A DNA stretch of 64,000 bases from Octopus sinensis (Eukaryota): contig NW_021833434.1 of NCBI RefSeq assembly GCF_006345805.1, forward strand, positions 1 to 64,000, in the 5' to 3' direction. Made by a program: the position numbers and the translations under genes. Under the pieces are notes generated by a model. It saw only the letters and a program-made list of their open reading frames with translations. It did no database searches and was not told where the DNA came from. Position 1 is the first letter of the stretch. Every line of letters starts with the position of its first letter. Positions 27,148 to 38,249 of this stretch are shown piece after piece.

Positions 27148-30100
27148 GCCTTTAGTGTTTAAACAGGTCATTACTGGCTGAAAATTATTCCTCTTTATTT
27201 GTTTGAACCAGTCAAATCTGCCATATCTGATTTCTCTACAAAATCACTAAAAAGATAAACAAATTATATTATTGAATTCTCGTAGCTTTCAGATAATGCG
27301 AGATAAAGCCTTTCCCACCTTTATTCAAGTAAAAATATGGTGAAATTTTTGAGACTTCTTGGTTTTTAATGATATGGTATCAGCAAGTAGCAATTCCAAC
27401 TTCAAAGATTTTACTCTTGATGATGTATAAAACACAAATGAAAACAGCAATGATTTGTCTGAAGACAAATCATATTCACATTTATGAATCTTCATCAGAT
27501 GAGGAAAATTTTTATAATGAAAGTGATATAAATGATATTGAAAACATTATGGCAACATGGTTGAAGATTACTACATCAACCACAATTTCTGATTTCACAG
27601 AAAAGACTGGTCCATAATACAGTCTACCTCCCAATGCTCAATGACTGGACTATCTATTAATTTTTATTTTTACTGAAAAATTTTTTTTGAAACTGTCGCG
27701 GAGGAAACAAATGTTCAAGGCATAATTTATTTTCGCGGAAGACCCGATCCATTATGACAGCCAACTGATACTGTGGAAATGCGAGCTTTTTTTACTATAA
27801 ACATTATGTTTGGTATCAAGAAGCTTACTCAGCTGAGGAACTAGTGGAATCCTGATATAAGGTATGGTGACCCATATATCTCCAGCATTATGTCTAACTA
27901 TAGTTAATTCATATATCATGTAAAAAGCCACAAGGTACCTTCACCACCAAAGGACTACAACCATTTGAAATTTTGGGTTGACATTGCATCTCAGTTATGG
28001 GAGGGCTTTTCTTCCAGAAAGCACAGAACTGGGAGAAAAACAAAATTAACTGAGAGAAAATATTGACTTCCATAAAGTGGAGAAAATGAATGGTAGGGAA
28101 AAAGTTTGCAGATTGTGTTCACTGCAAATAAGTAAAACTCCAAAAGGATATCACTTTGAGACCTCATATATGTGTTTGTTTTGCAAAGTGCCCTTGTGTA
28201 AAGGGTGCTTTGGACAGTTTCACCATAGAAACATGGCATTACTATATTTTGTTGTTTGATAGTAATACTATCATGTATTCTTTTCATTTTATTAGAAATA
28301 ATATGTGAAAGTGCAAAATACATATTTATTTTCATACATATTTATGTTACACACCTATATTCACCTTTGCCTCACCTATTAATGAGCTTTCTTTATTAGA
28401 TACATTTTGTTATGTAAATGTATTCATTAAATTGTATAAGAGTACATAGCCAATGGTATATTGACTAGTATAAGAGTTTTGTACTAGATGAGATGCAGTT
28501 TGGTTTCTTGCCAGGGAAAAGCACCACTGACGCTATATTTCTGGTAAGACAGCTGCAGGAGAAATACCTAGCCAAAGATAAGCCCCTGTACCTGACTTTC
28601 GTTGACATGGAGAAAGCCTTTGACAGGGTCCCCCAATCCCTTATCTGGTGGTCAATGTGGAAACTAGGGATAGTTGAATGGTTAGTGAGAGCCATGCAAG
28701 CCATGTACATGAACGCTGTCAGAAAGGTGAGGGTTGGCAACGAGTACAGTGAAGAATTCAGGGTAGAGGTAGGGGTCCATAAAGGTTCAGTCCTCAGCCC
28801 CCTCCTATTTATCATAGTCCTCCAGACAATAATGGTGGAATTCAAGACAGGATGCCCCTGGGAGCTCCTCTATGCTGATGACCTTGCTCTAATTGCTGAG
28901 TCACTATCAGAACTAGAGCACAAGTTTCAAGTATGGAAAGAAGGATTAGAATCAAAGGGCCTTAGAGTCAACCTAGCTAAAACCAAAGTCCTAATAAGTA
29001 GGAAGGCAGGCAAACCACAAATCCCTTGAAGTAGATGGCTCTGCTTGATCTGTAGAGAAGGCGTAGGTAGAAACTCTATAAGATGTACCCAGTGTAAGCT
29101 ATGGACACATAAGAGGTGCAGCAATATCAAAGGAAGGCTACCTGGGAGGATAGTTTTGTATGTGGCAGATGCTCAGGAGCAATAAATAAAACTGAAAATG
29201 TGCAAAGAACAACTTCCACCACATCCCAGAGAGAATAACTAGTAGTTGATAGCTTCCATTACCTAGGTGACCTAGTCAGTAACGGGGAAGGGTGCACTGA
29301 AAGTGTAGCTGCTAGAATAAGAATAGCCTGGGCAAAGTTCAGAGAGCACTTACCTCTGCTGGTGACAAAGGGCCTCTCTCACAGAATAAAAGGTAGACTG
29401 TACGACACATGTGTACAATCAGCTACATGGCAGTAAAACATGGGCCGTGACTGCTGAGGACATGCGTAAGCTCACAAAGAATGAAGCCAGCATGCTCCGA
29501 TGGATGTGTAATGTCAGTGTGCATACTCGACAGCGTGTTAGTGCCTTGTGAGAAAGTTTAGACCTAAGAAGCATCAGATGTGATGTGCAAGAGAGACAAC
29601 TGCGCTGGTATGGTCATGTGGCGAGAATGGATGTGGATAGTTGTGTGAAAAAGTGCCACACCCTAGCAGTTGAGGGAACCTGTGGAAGAGGTAGACCCAG
29701 GAAGACCTGGGATGAGGTAGTGAAGCATGACCTTCAAACACTGGGCCTCACCGAGGCAATGACTAGTGACCGGGACCTCTGGAAATATGCTGCGCTTGAG
29801 AAGACTCAGCAAGCGCAAGTGAGACCATAACCTTATGGTCTATGCCAGGGGTGTAACCAGTCCACTTTTGCATGCCTTTCCTTCATTGGACACTAAACTC
29901 TGCTTGCGAAGACTTGTTGAGGCATAAACTCTGCTTGCGAAGACTTGTTGAGGCAAGTGAAGTCAAAATCGAAATCAAACTCGAAGACTGACATCTGTGT
30001 TAGTGGGGCGCTAAGAGTACCATATGAGTGAGATCGTTGCCAGAGCAACAATCTGGCCTCTGAGCCGATGGCAGGTTAAAAACATCATTGGAGCATGATT

Positions 30101-30881
30101 GTTACCTGCGTTGCCTTACTAGCACTTGTGCTGGTGGCATGGGAAAAAACATTCGAGCGAGGTTGTTGCCAGTGCTGCTGGACTGGCTCCTGTGCAGGTG
30201 GCACATAAAAAGCGCCTATTAAGCATGGCCGTTGCCAGTACTGCCAGCCTGGCCCCTGTGCCGGTGGCACGTAAAAGCACCCACTACACTCTTGGAGTAG
30301 TTGGTGTTAGGAAGGGCATCTAGCTGTAGAAACTCTGCCAGATCAGACTGGAGTCTGGTGCAGCCATCTGGTTTGCCAGACCTCAAGCAAATCATCCAAC
30401 CCATGTTAGCATGGAAAGCGGACATGAAATGATGATGATGATGATTTTCGATAAGAATATTTGAATGAAATACAGGAAAAGAATAAAATCTTATGCTAAT
30501 TATAAATGTAATTCAAATTAATGTGCTTCTTCTTGAAAAGTGGCAAAATTGTTACTGGTTGAGATTGGGGATGATTTTCGCAACAAATCATATAGGTAAG
30601 ATGCATTAAGAATTTCAGTTTTAGTGTTTATCCATAATGTTATTACTGTTAATTAAATTTACTTGCTCATAAAAGTCAAAGTTAATCAACTAGATCAGCT
30701 AAAATTACATAACTATAATCTTTTGGTATATAAGCACCCACTGACAAAATTTCAAATCTGTATATAAAAAATAACAAAGTTACAAGCAATTATTGTGGAC
30801 ACCCCTCTTGAACCTGAATAATTCAAAATAACGTGAACAAATAAGCATTACATTTGACAGATTAATCTGAACACTAAAGAG
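27148..30881 (+). mobile_element. piggyBac transposon, internally deleted, TTAA-flanked
   Basis: TTAA at 27144-27147 and 30882-30885; both ends share CTTTAGTGTT in inverted orientation. Acidic N-terminus, TDTVEMRAF-like motif and C-terminal Cys-rich domain (CRLC...CLFCKVPLCKGCFGQFHH, ORF 28077-28259). The DDD core is missing. Confidence 0.85.
28470..30445 (+). mobile_element. RTE LINE, 5'-truncated, nested in piggyBac
   Basis: ORF 28493-29029 contains RT with ELLYADDLALI; GRGRPRKTW at the C-terminus; (GAT)n tail at about 30430-30445. Confidence 0.93.
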
Positions 30882-33199
30882 TTAATACAGATACAGGGAG
30901 AAAATTGGGAAACCTAAATTGAAAGAAACTTCAAAAATTGCATGTGGTGTTTCAGTAAAAAAAATTACATTTCAAGGGTGAAATGATAAGTGATATTACA
31001 TTTCATGGAAAAACCTTGAAAGTTTTTCTACTAAATAATAGGACAAATTTATTTGGAACAGACTGAATGGAATTATTTAACTTATGGGACCTTTCCATAT
31101 ATTTTTCCTGAAAAATGTGAATGGTCTTTCCACCAGTACAAATCAGGTGTCAGAGGAATTAAAATAAAAATTAAAAATGATTTTTCCTGAAGTTTTTTCC
31201 TGATGAATTAGGTCTTTGCACCAAAAGAAAGGTGAAGTTTCAAGTAAAAGAAGACATTATTCCGGTATTTAAACCAAAACAAACTGTACCTTTCACAGCA
31301 TTGAAATAAGTTGATGGGGAATTGAATAGACTTGAAAAGCTTGAGATTATTGGAAAAATTGATCATGCTGAATGGGCATCACCAACAGTTTACGTCAAAG
31401 AAAAGAAAGCAAAATCCACGTATGTGTTAATTTTTCAACAGGGTTAAACAAGTGTTTGATCACTCATAATTAATTGTTACCAGGTCCAGAAGGAATTTTT
31501 GCTAAGTCAAATGATGGGAAAGTTTTTTCAAAGCATACCTACAGATACAAGTGGATTAGGAGTGTTCAAAAGTATTAACAATAAACACTCATAAGGGATT
31601 ATATTAATTTAATGGATTTCCTTCTGACATAAAAGTTGCTCCAACTATATTCCAACTAGAGATGGATACGAAGCTTGCAGAGTGCAACTTTGTGATGACC
31701 TGCCTGGACAATATAGTAATTAAAAGTGAACCTTGGGACCTGTATGTAGAGCACATAAAGTATGTGTTGGAAAAAATAAGGGATTACAGCTTCACTTTGA
31801 GTGAGGACAAGTGTGAATTCCTACCGAAAATCAAATGTTTAGGGCAAATTATTGATAAAGATGGTCATCAACCAGATCCATCAAAAGCAGATGCATTTAA
31901 AAATATGCCCTCTTTGACAACTATATCTACTTAAAACCTTTTTCTGAACTTGAAAACTATCATCAAAGTGATATACCAAAGATATATAAGGTAAGAGCTC
32001 CACTAAATAATCTACTAAAAAAAGATGTAAAAGTGGAATTGGTCTGAAAATTGTCAGAAGGCATTCAACAAAATGAAGAAAATATTAACATCTGATTTGT
32101 TGTTAGTACATTTCGATCCTGTATCAGAGATAGTTGTAGCTTCAAATGCCTCTGAGTATGGTATCAGAGGCAATAATGCTACATAAATATATAGTAACAT
32201 GAAGACTGTGGGTCATGCCTCACTTTCTCTGATACCAGCAGAAAAAATTTCAGCCAAATTGAGAAAGAGGCTCTAGCAATTTAGCAATTATTTTTGTTAT
32301 AAAAAATTTCATATATTCTTACGCAGTAGAAGTTTTTGATTACAGACTGTTCAGCATCCGTTATTATCTATATACAAGTTGAAGAAAGGAATCCCTACCC
32401 ATATTGCTAATACATTACAACTCAGAGGTACTACATATTACACTTGTTAGGTGTTCACTCCTATTGCCCAGTTTCCTTTGGTACAGTTCTGAAATTGATC
32501 AATATTTTTAGTCAGGATTGAAAGTTTAGAAGATATCTTTTGCAGTTATTTAAGAATATCTTTGCTCTGTCTATTTTTGTTTCGGTTGGTTTTTGATGAC
32601 ATTTTCATTCCTTGTGTGGGGAATATGTATAGAAAAAATAGTTATTAATCCATATAAGTAGTAGTAGTTATATAAAGGAAATTAAAAAAATGTTAAAAAT
32701 GCATTGAGAGTGTATAGAAAGATATATTAATATTAATGCACTTAACAGTTTCCACATTTGTATGATTTTCAAAATTATAAGATTTGAGGGACATAGAGCT
32801 GGTTCAGCTACAGTATTGCCTCTAGCTGTTGTTCTAAAATGTGTTTTTATAGAGAGAGTGAGACTCAGATCACTACCAGTTAATGTACAGATTGATTGGA
32901 TGAGAATGGTCTCATAGTGAGGTAAGGGATTTCTGTGGTAAATTCTCTGCTACATTTATACATTAATGTCATGTGATGACCATATGTAAACGCCACTTCA
33001 AAAGTTAAATGCAGTAGATATGTCATGTGACAATCAGAACAATAGCTATGCTTAATAAAAGTTACACCTGAATTTTGGGCTGTGTCTAGTTGCTGTATGA
33101 GTAGTTATTATCTTAATTATCTAAGGTGAAGTATTAGTGTCTCATTTGTTCTTTGTATAATCTTGAAAATGTGGACAATTCTTATAATAAGACAGTAGC

Positions 33200-34360
33200 C
33201 TAACTTGCCTAAAAAGAGAGGCAGAAGTTTATAAGGAGGTGAAGTTTATTTTAAATGCAGTAATGTTTAAGAAAAATATTTGAATGGTGATAGAGAACTA
33301 TAAAAAAGGTAAATACAATAAACTCATTGGAAGTTGAAGTGGATAGGCTGTGTAACTTGGATATCAGCATTTATTGATGACTTTGTAATGTTGGCTTGAA
33401 TACTAAGTGATACCTACATCAGCAATGTCCTTAACAGAAACAAGACCATATTCACTTCCATCAGCAGGGATCTTCATATAAAAATGAAAAGCATTTATAG
33501 TGAGTGGCAAATTGTATATTTTTGATGTTTTTGTAGCCTACTCAACTATGGTTTGAATTTTTAAATAAAAGTATTTTCTTTACTTATTTGTGTTTGTTTT
33601 GTGGTATCACCTGCACAGTGATAAAGTGGAAAGACTAGGAATTTGTGGGATTTCATTGTTGCATATAGGTCCAACTGTTCACTGTTTGAGATGTATCTAG
33701 TCCTGGGATCTCAAATTTGTATTATTAATCTTAGTGTATCATTAATCTCATTTTCAAACTCAGTTTGGTTTTTCCAATGTAATCTTCACTGCATATATTA
33801 CATATGATGATATATGTTAAATTATTTGATGAGCAAGTGAAGTTGTTTTCACAATAAAAAGATATGCTGATTTTAATTTATGTTATGTATCTTCAATAAG
33901 TTTAGTACAAGTTATGAATTTAGAACCATACTTTTCAACTGTTTATAGGAAGTAGTTCTGAACTGGTATATAGTTTTTTGCCTTTTTAACGTTAAATGTC
34001 TTAGTGTTTCTTGTGGTCTGTGATGTAATAATTGTTATAAAAGGTAGAGTTTTGGGTGTATCTTCAATGTCTATTGCTTTGACATGTTCTATTCAATTCC
34101 CTGTTATCTTAGACAGGTATTGTCTTTCAAGTACTGCCTGTTTTAATTGTTGGAGCTTTTTATACTGTACTTCAAGATTGGAAACAAGAGAGTGAAGTTC
34201 TAGCAAGGTTAAATGGTATATTTGGTTTGATATGTGTTGGTTGGCATAAGGTAACTAGTAGGTACTGTTTATATTCTGGGTAAATGCATCTCTTATGGCC
34301 ACTCACTGTATTTTCAACTTGTTTTATTTCCTTGATACTCCTACATGTATAAATAAATAA
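33200..34360 (-). mobile_element. Penelope-like element, 3' fragment (RT thumb plus GIY-YIG endonuclease)
   Basis: Minus strand QYLLVTLCQPTHIKPNIPFNLAR (34172-34363) and TCSSNNLTYIIICNICSEDYIGKT (about 33765-33840). Confidence 0.75.
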
Positions 34361-34404
34361 CACTCATATTTATATATACACACAGATAGACTCACACACG
34401 CATA

Positions 34405-35110
34405 TACACTTTCTTCTCGACTTACGAATGTGTCCCATTCCGACTGACAGGTTGTATGGTGAATTTATATTTTTCAGCAGTATTTTCATTACAAAAATAT
34501 AAAACACAAAAATTTCATCTATAATTATTATATATAATGTAAAAAATACATAAATACCTTATTGCACTGTAAACAAAAATACAATCTAAAATTAATGTAA
34601 AAATTAAAATAAATGAAATTTCACATACATACAATAAAAAAATTGTTCCTGTGAAAAAAGTGCAATTGAAAATACAATATTAATCTTCACAGTCAGGTTC
34701 TTGGGTTGAGACAGAGGGTTTTTTGAGGAACATGGTGAGCTTTGTTGGAGTAGTTTTTTTTTCCTTTCATATCTTATGATAACAATACAAAGTATCTTGA
34801 ATGATACATTCAACCTTTGCAAAGCGGTTGACATTAGGATCCATTGCTTTGAAACTGGTAAGAGTTTTATTCAATTGCGAAAACGAATCAATAGACACTT
34901 CACTGTGAATTTCTTTTCTGGTTCATCTTCTTCTTTCTCACTTTTTCTTCTGCTGCTCTGTGTGCTTCCAATCCAATCTCTGCAACTGAGTGAGAGACAG
35001 TGGCAGGCAGTGGATGCCTGGGTTTGAGGGAGACCTGTATTACCAGATGCTGCCATAGTTATTGTATGCACAACTGCCCAAAGTCCAAAAATTGATTTTA
35101 TATTTTATTT
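34405..35110 (-). mobile_element. Tigger/pogo-like DNA transposon, C-terminal fragment
   Basis: Across frameshifts: LEAHRAAEEKVRKEEDEPEKKFTVK...FKAMDPNVNRFAKVE...CYHKI...TKLTMFLKK, resembling the Tigger1 transposase C-terminus. TIR-like CTCGACTTACG at about 34415. Confidence 0.6.
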
Positions 35111-35149
35111 ATTTTTTGTGGTTATAAGTGCAGATTGTCATAAGTCAAG

Positions 35150-38100
35150 GAGAAGGTGTATTAGGTAGGTCATCCACATGCAATAACCATGCCAAAGCAG
35201 ACAATGGAGGTTGGTGCAGTCCTCTGGCTTACCAGCTCCTGTCAAACCATCGCACACATGGGAGACAGATGTTAAATGTTGATGTTGATAATGATGATAT
35301 ATAATACTTACATATACATATATATATCTCACCTAGAGACATCCTCATTAAGAAGTTTAAGGAGAGGGAGGAGGAACTACAGTCCTCAAACATAGAAGGT
35401 AGCTGGAAATTCTTATGGGACAGCTTACTGAGTGCCTCAGACCAAGTTTGAGGATGGTGCAAAGTCCCATCCAGACCTAGAGTTTTGTGGTGGGGAAATA
35501 ATACAGTAGACAAAGCCATCAGGGCAAAGAAACAGGCCTGGAAAGCCTGGAAGGGTGTGGGTTGCAGGGAACCATACCAAATAGCCAAAAGGGAAGCTGG
35601 GTACCAGGTATACATAGCCAAGGGCGAAGCAGAAAAGAAGTTTTCCAATGTCCAGTGACGTGACGACCAAAGAACTGAGGTATTCCAGATTGTAAGACAG
35701 TATGTAAGGGAAAATTGTGATGTCACAAGACAGAAATGTATCTGCATGGATGATGGTGCACTTGCTGTTAATGATTCAGAAAAGAAAGAGGCTTGGAGGA
35801 GCCATTATGAAAAACTGCTGAATGTAGAGAATGAATGGGAGGAAGAGAGCCTGCTAAATGTTGATCCAACAGAGGGACCAGCTATCTGAATAGACAGCAC
35901 CCTAGTAGATAAAGCAATTAAGGATATGAAGCTAGGAAAAGCCCCCGACTGATCAGGAATCACCACTGAGATGCTTAAAACGTCTGGTGGTGTAGGCTAT
36001 GGCCTAGTCACCCGTATTGTAAACCAGGTGGTTCATGATGGAGTTATACCTAATAACTGGCACAGCAGCATCATAGTCAATTGCTACAAAGGTAAAGGTG
36101 ATGCTTTAGATAGAAATAACTACAGACGTATCAAACTGCTGGATCAGGTGATGAAGGTCACGGTGAGTGTCATAACCCAACTAAGCAGCACCACTGATGC
36201 TATATTCCTGGTATGGCAACTGCAGGAGAAGTACCTATCCAAGATATATTTGGCTTTTGTGGACTTGGAGAAAGTCTTTGACAGGATCCCCCAATCCCTT
36301 ATCTGGTGGGCAAAGGGGAAACTGGGGATTGACAAATGGTTAATAAGGGGTATACAGGCCCTATACAGAGTAGGGTTAGTATTGGAAATGAGTATAGTGA
36401 AGAATTCCGAGTAGAAGTGGGGGTCCACCAAGGATCAGCCCTCATCCCCCTCTTATTCATCATAGTCCTCCAGACAATAACAGAGGAATTCAAGACAGAT
36501 TGCCCTGGGAACTGCTCTATGCTGATGACCTGGTCCTGATAGCAGAATCACTACCAGAACTAGAGAAGAAACATCAAGTGTGGAAGCAAGGTACAGCAAC
36601 TGCAGGAGAAGTACCTAGCCAAGATATATTTGGCTTTTGTGAACTTGCAGAAAGCCTTTGACAGGGTCCCCCAATCCCTTATATGGTGGGCAGTGTGGAA
36701 ACTGGGGATTGACAAATGGTTATTAAGGGATGTACAGGCCCTATACAAAGATGCCGTTAGTAGGGTTAGGATTGGAAATGAGTATAGTGAAGAATTCTGT
36801 TTAGAAGTGGGGGCTCACCAAGAATCAGCCCTCAGCTCCCTCTTATTCATCCTCGTCCTCCAGGCAATAACAGAGGAATCCAAGACAGGTTGCCCCTGAG
36901 AACTCCTCTATGCTGATGACCTGGCCCTCATAGCAGAATCACTACCAGAATTAGAGAAGAAACTTCAAGTGTGGAAGCAAGGTTTAGAATCAAAGGGCCT
37001 TAGAGTCAACATTGCAAAGACCAAAGTTCTAGTAAGTAAGGAAAACAAACACATCACACACCCCTTCAGGTAGGTGGCCCTGTTCGATCTATAGAAAAGG
37101 TCTAGGTAGAAACCCCATAAGATGTACCCAGTTTAAGCTATGGACACATATGCGGTGCAGCAACATGAAAGGGAGATTAACCAGGAAGATAGCTTTCACA
37201 TGCAGCAGATGCACAGGGGCAATCAACACCACAGATGCTCAGAAATCAGATTCCATCACATGCCAGGGGAAGAAACTAGAAGTAGTTGATAGCTTCTACT
37301 ATCTAGGTGACCAAGTCTGTAGTGGGGAGTGGATGCTCAGAGAGTGTTGCCACTAGAATAAGAATAGCCTGGGCAAAGTTCAGAAAGCTTCTACCCCTAC
37401 TGGTGACAAAGGGTCTCTCACTCAGAGTGAAAGGTAGATTGTATGATGCATGTGTGCGAACTGCCATACTTCATGGCTGCTGAAGACATGTGTAGGCTTG
37501 AAAGAAATGAAGCTACCATGATCCACTGGATGTGTAATGCCAGTGTGAACACATAACAGTGTGTAAGCTCCCTGAGAGATATGTTAGACATAAGAAGTAT
37601 TGGATATGGCATGCAAGAGAGACGTTTGCATTGGTATGGTCATGTACTACAGATGGACAAGGAGAGCTGCGTGAAGAAGTGCCACTCCCAAACAGTGGAA
37701 GGAATCCGGGGTAGAGGTAGACCCAGGAAGATATGAGATGAGGTGGCGAAGTATGACGTTTGAACATTGGGCCTCACAGAGGCAGTGACAAAAGACCAAG
37801 ACCTTTGGAGGTATGCTGTAACTGAGAAGACCCAGCAAATAAAATGAGTCCACAGCTGTAACCTACACCAGTGTCGCATAACCAGCCCACTCAAAAGTAC
37901 TTTGGATCGTAGGGTGACATGCCATGCTTGAGGAGATCTATTGAGTCAAGTACATAAACATCAACAGCAATATCAAAATTAGATCAAATGGAAATTGTAG
38001 TTGTAAACCCCTTGCTGGTAGCATGTAAAAAGCACCATCCGGGCGTGGACAATGCCAGTGCCGCTTTGACTGAATTCTGTACTGGTGGCATGTAAAAAGC

Positions 38101-38225
38101 ATCATCCAATTGTGATCAACGCCAGCTCCTCTGGCTCCTGTGCCAGTGGTACATAAAAAGCACCCACTATGCTCTGACTTGTTGGCATAAGGAAGGGCAT
38201 CCAGCTGTAGAAACACTGCAAGACA
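35150..38225 (+). mobile_element. RTE LINE (separate tail fragment 35150-35300, then a 5'-truncated copy with a duplicated RT segment)
   Basis: RT ORFs at 35971-36899; repeated block about 36206-36595 and 36596-36990; 3' UTR repeats. Confidence 0.9.
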
Positions 38226-38249
38226 GTGTAAGAAAATGGTTAAGCCATA

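Larger units (their letters stand above)
25851..32440 (+). mobile_element. Ty3/Gypsy LTR retrotransposon (Mag/K02A2.6-like), 3'-truncated and interrupted by piggyBac
   Basis: Putative 5' LTR about 25851-26055 (TG start, AATAAA at 25919) and PBS TGGCGATGAG at 26057. Gag with a Gln-rich start and two degenerate CCHC knuckles (about 26880-26980). Protease LQLDTGSDITII at about 27110-27147 resumes at 30886. RT (WASPTVYV, CLDNIVIKS) and RNase H (VASNASEYG, SQIEKEALAI) follow. No integrase or 3' LTR seen. Confidence 0.85.

Noticed and set aside
29894-29955. Perfect 31-bp tandem duplication in an RTE 3' UTR
   Set aside because: Real, but an ordinary slippage event with no wider implication.
34871-35071. 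Possible antisense host gene (MAASGNTGLPQ...EKEEDEPEKK)
   Set aside because: It is better explained as a frameshifted Tigger/pogo transposase C-terminus.
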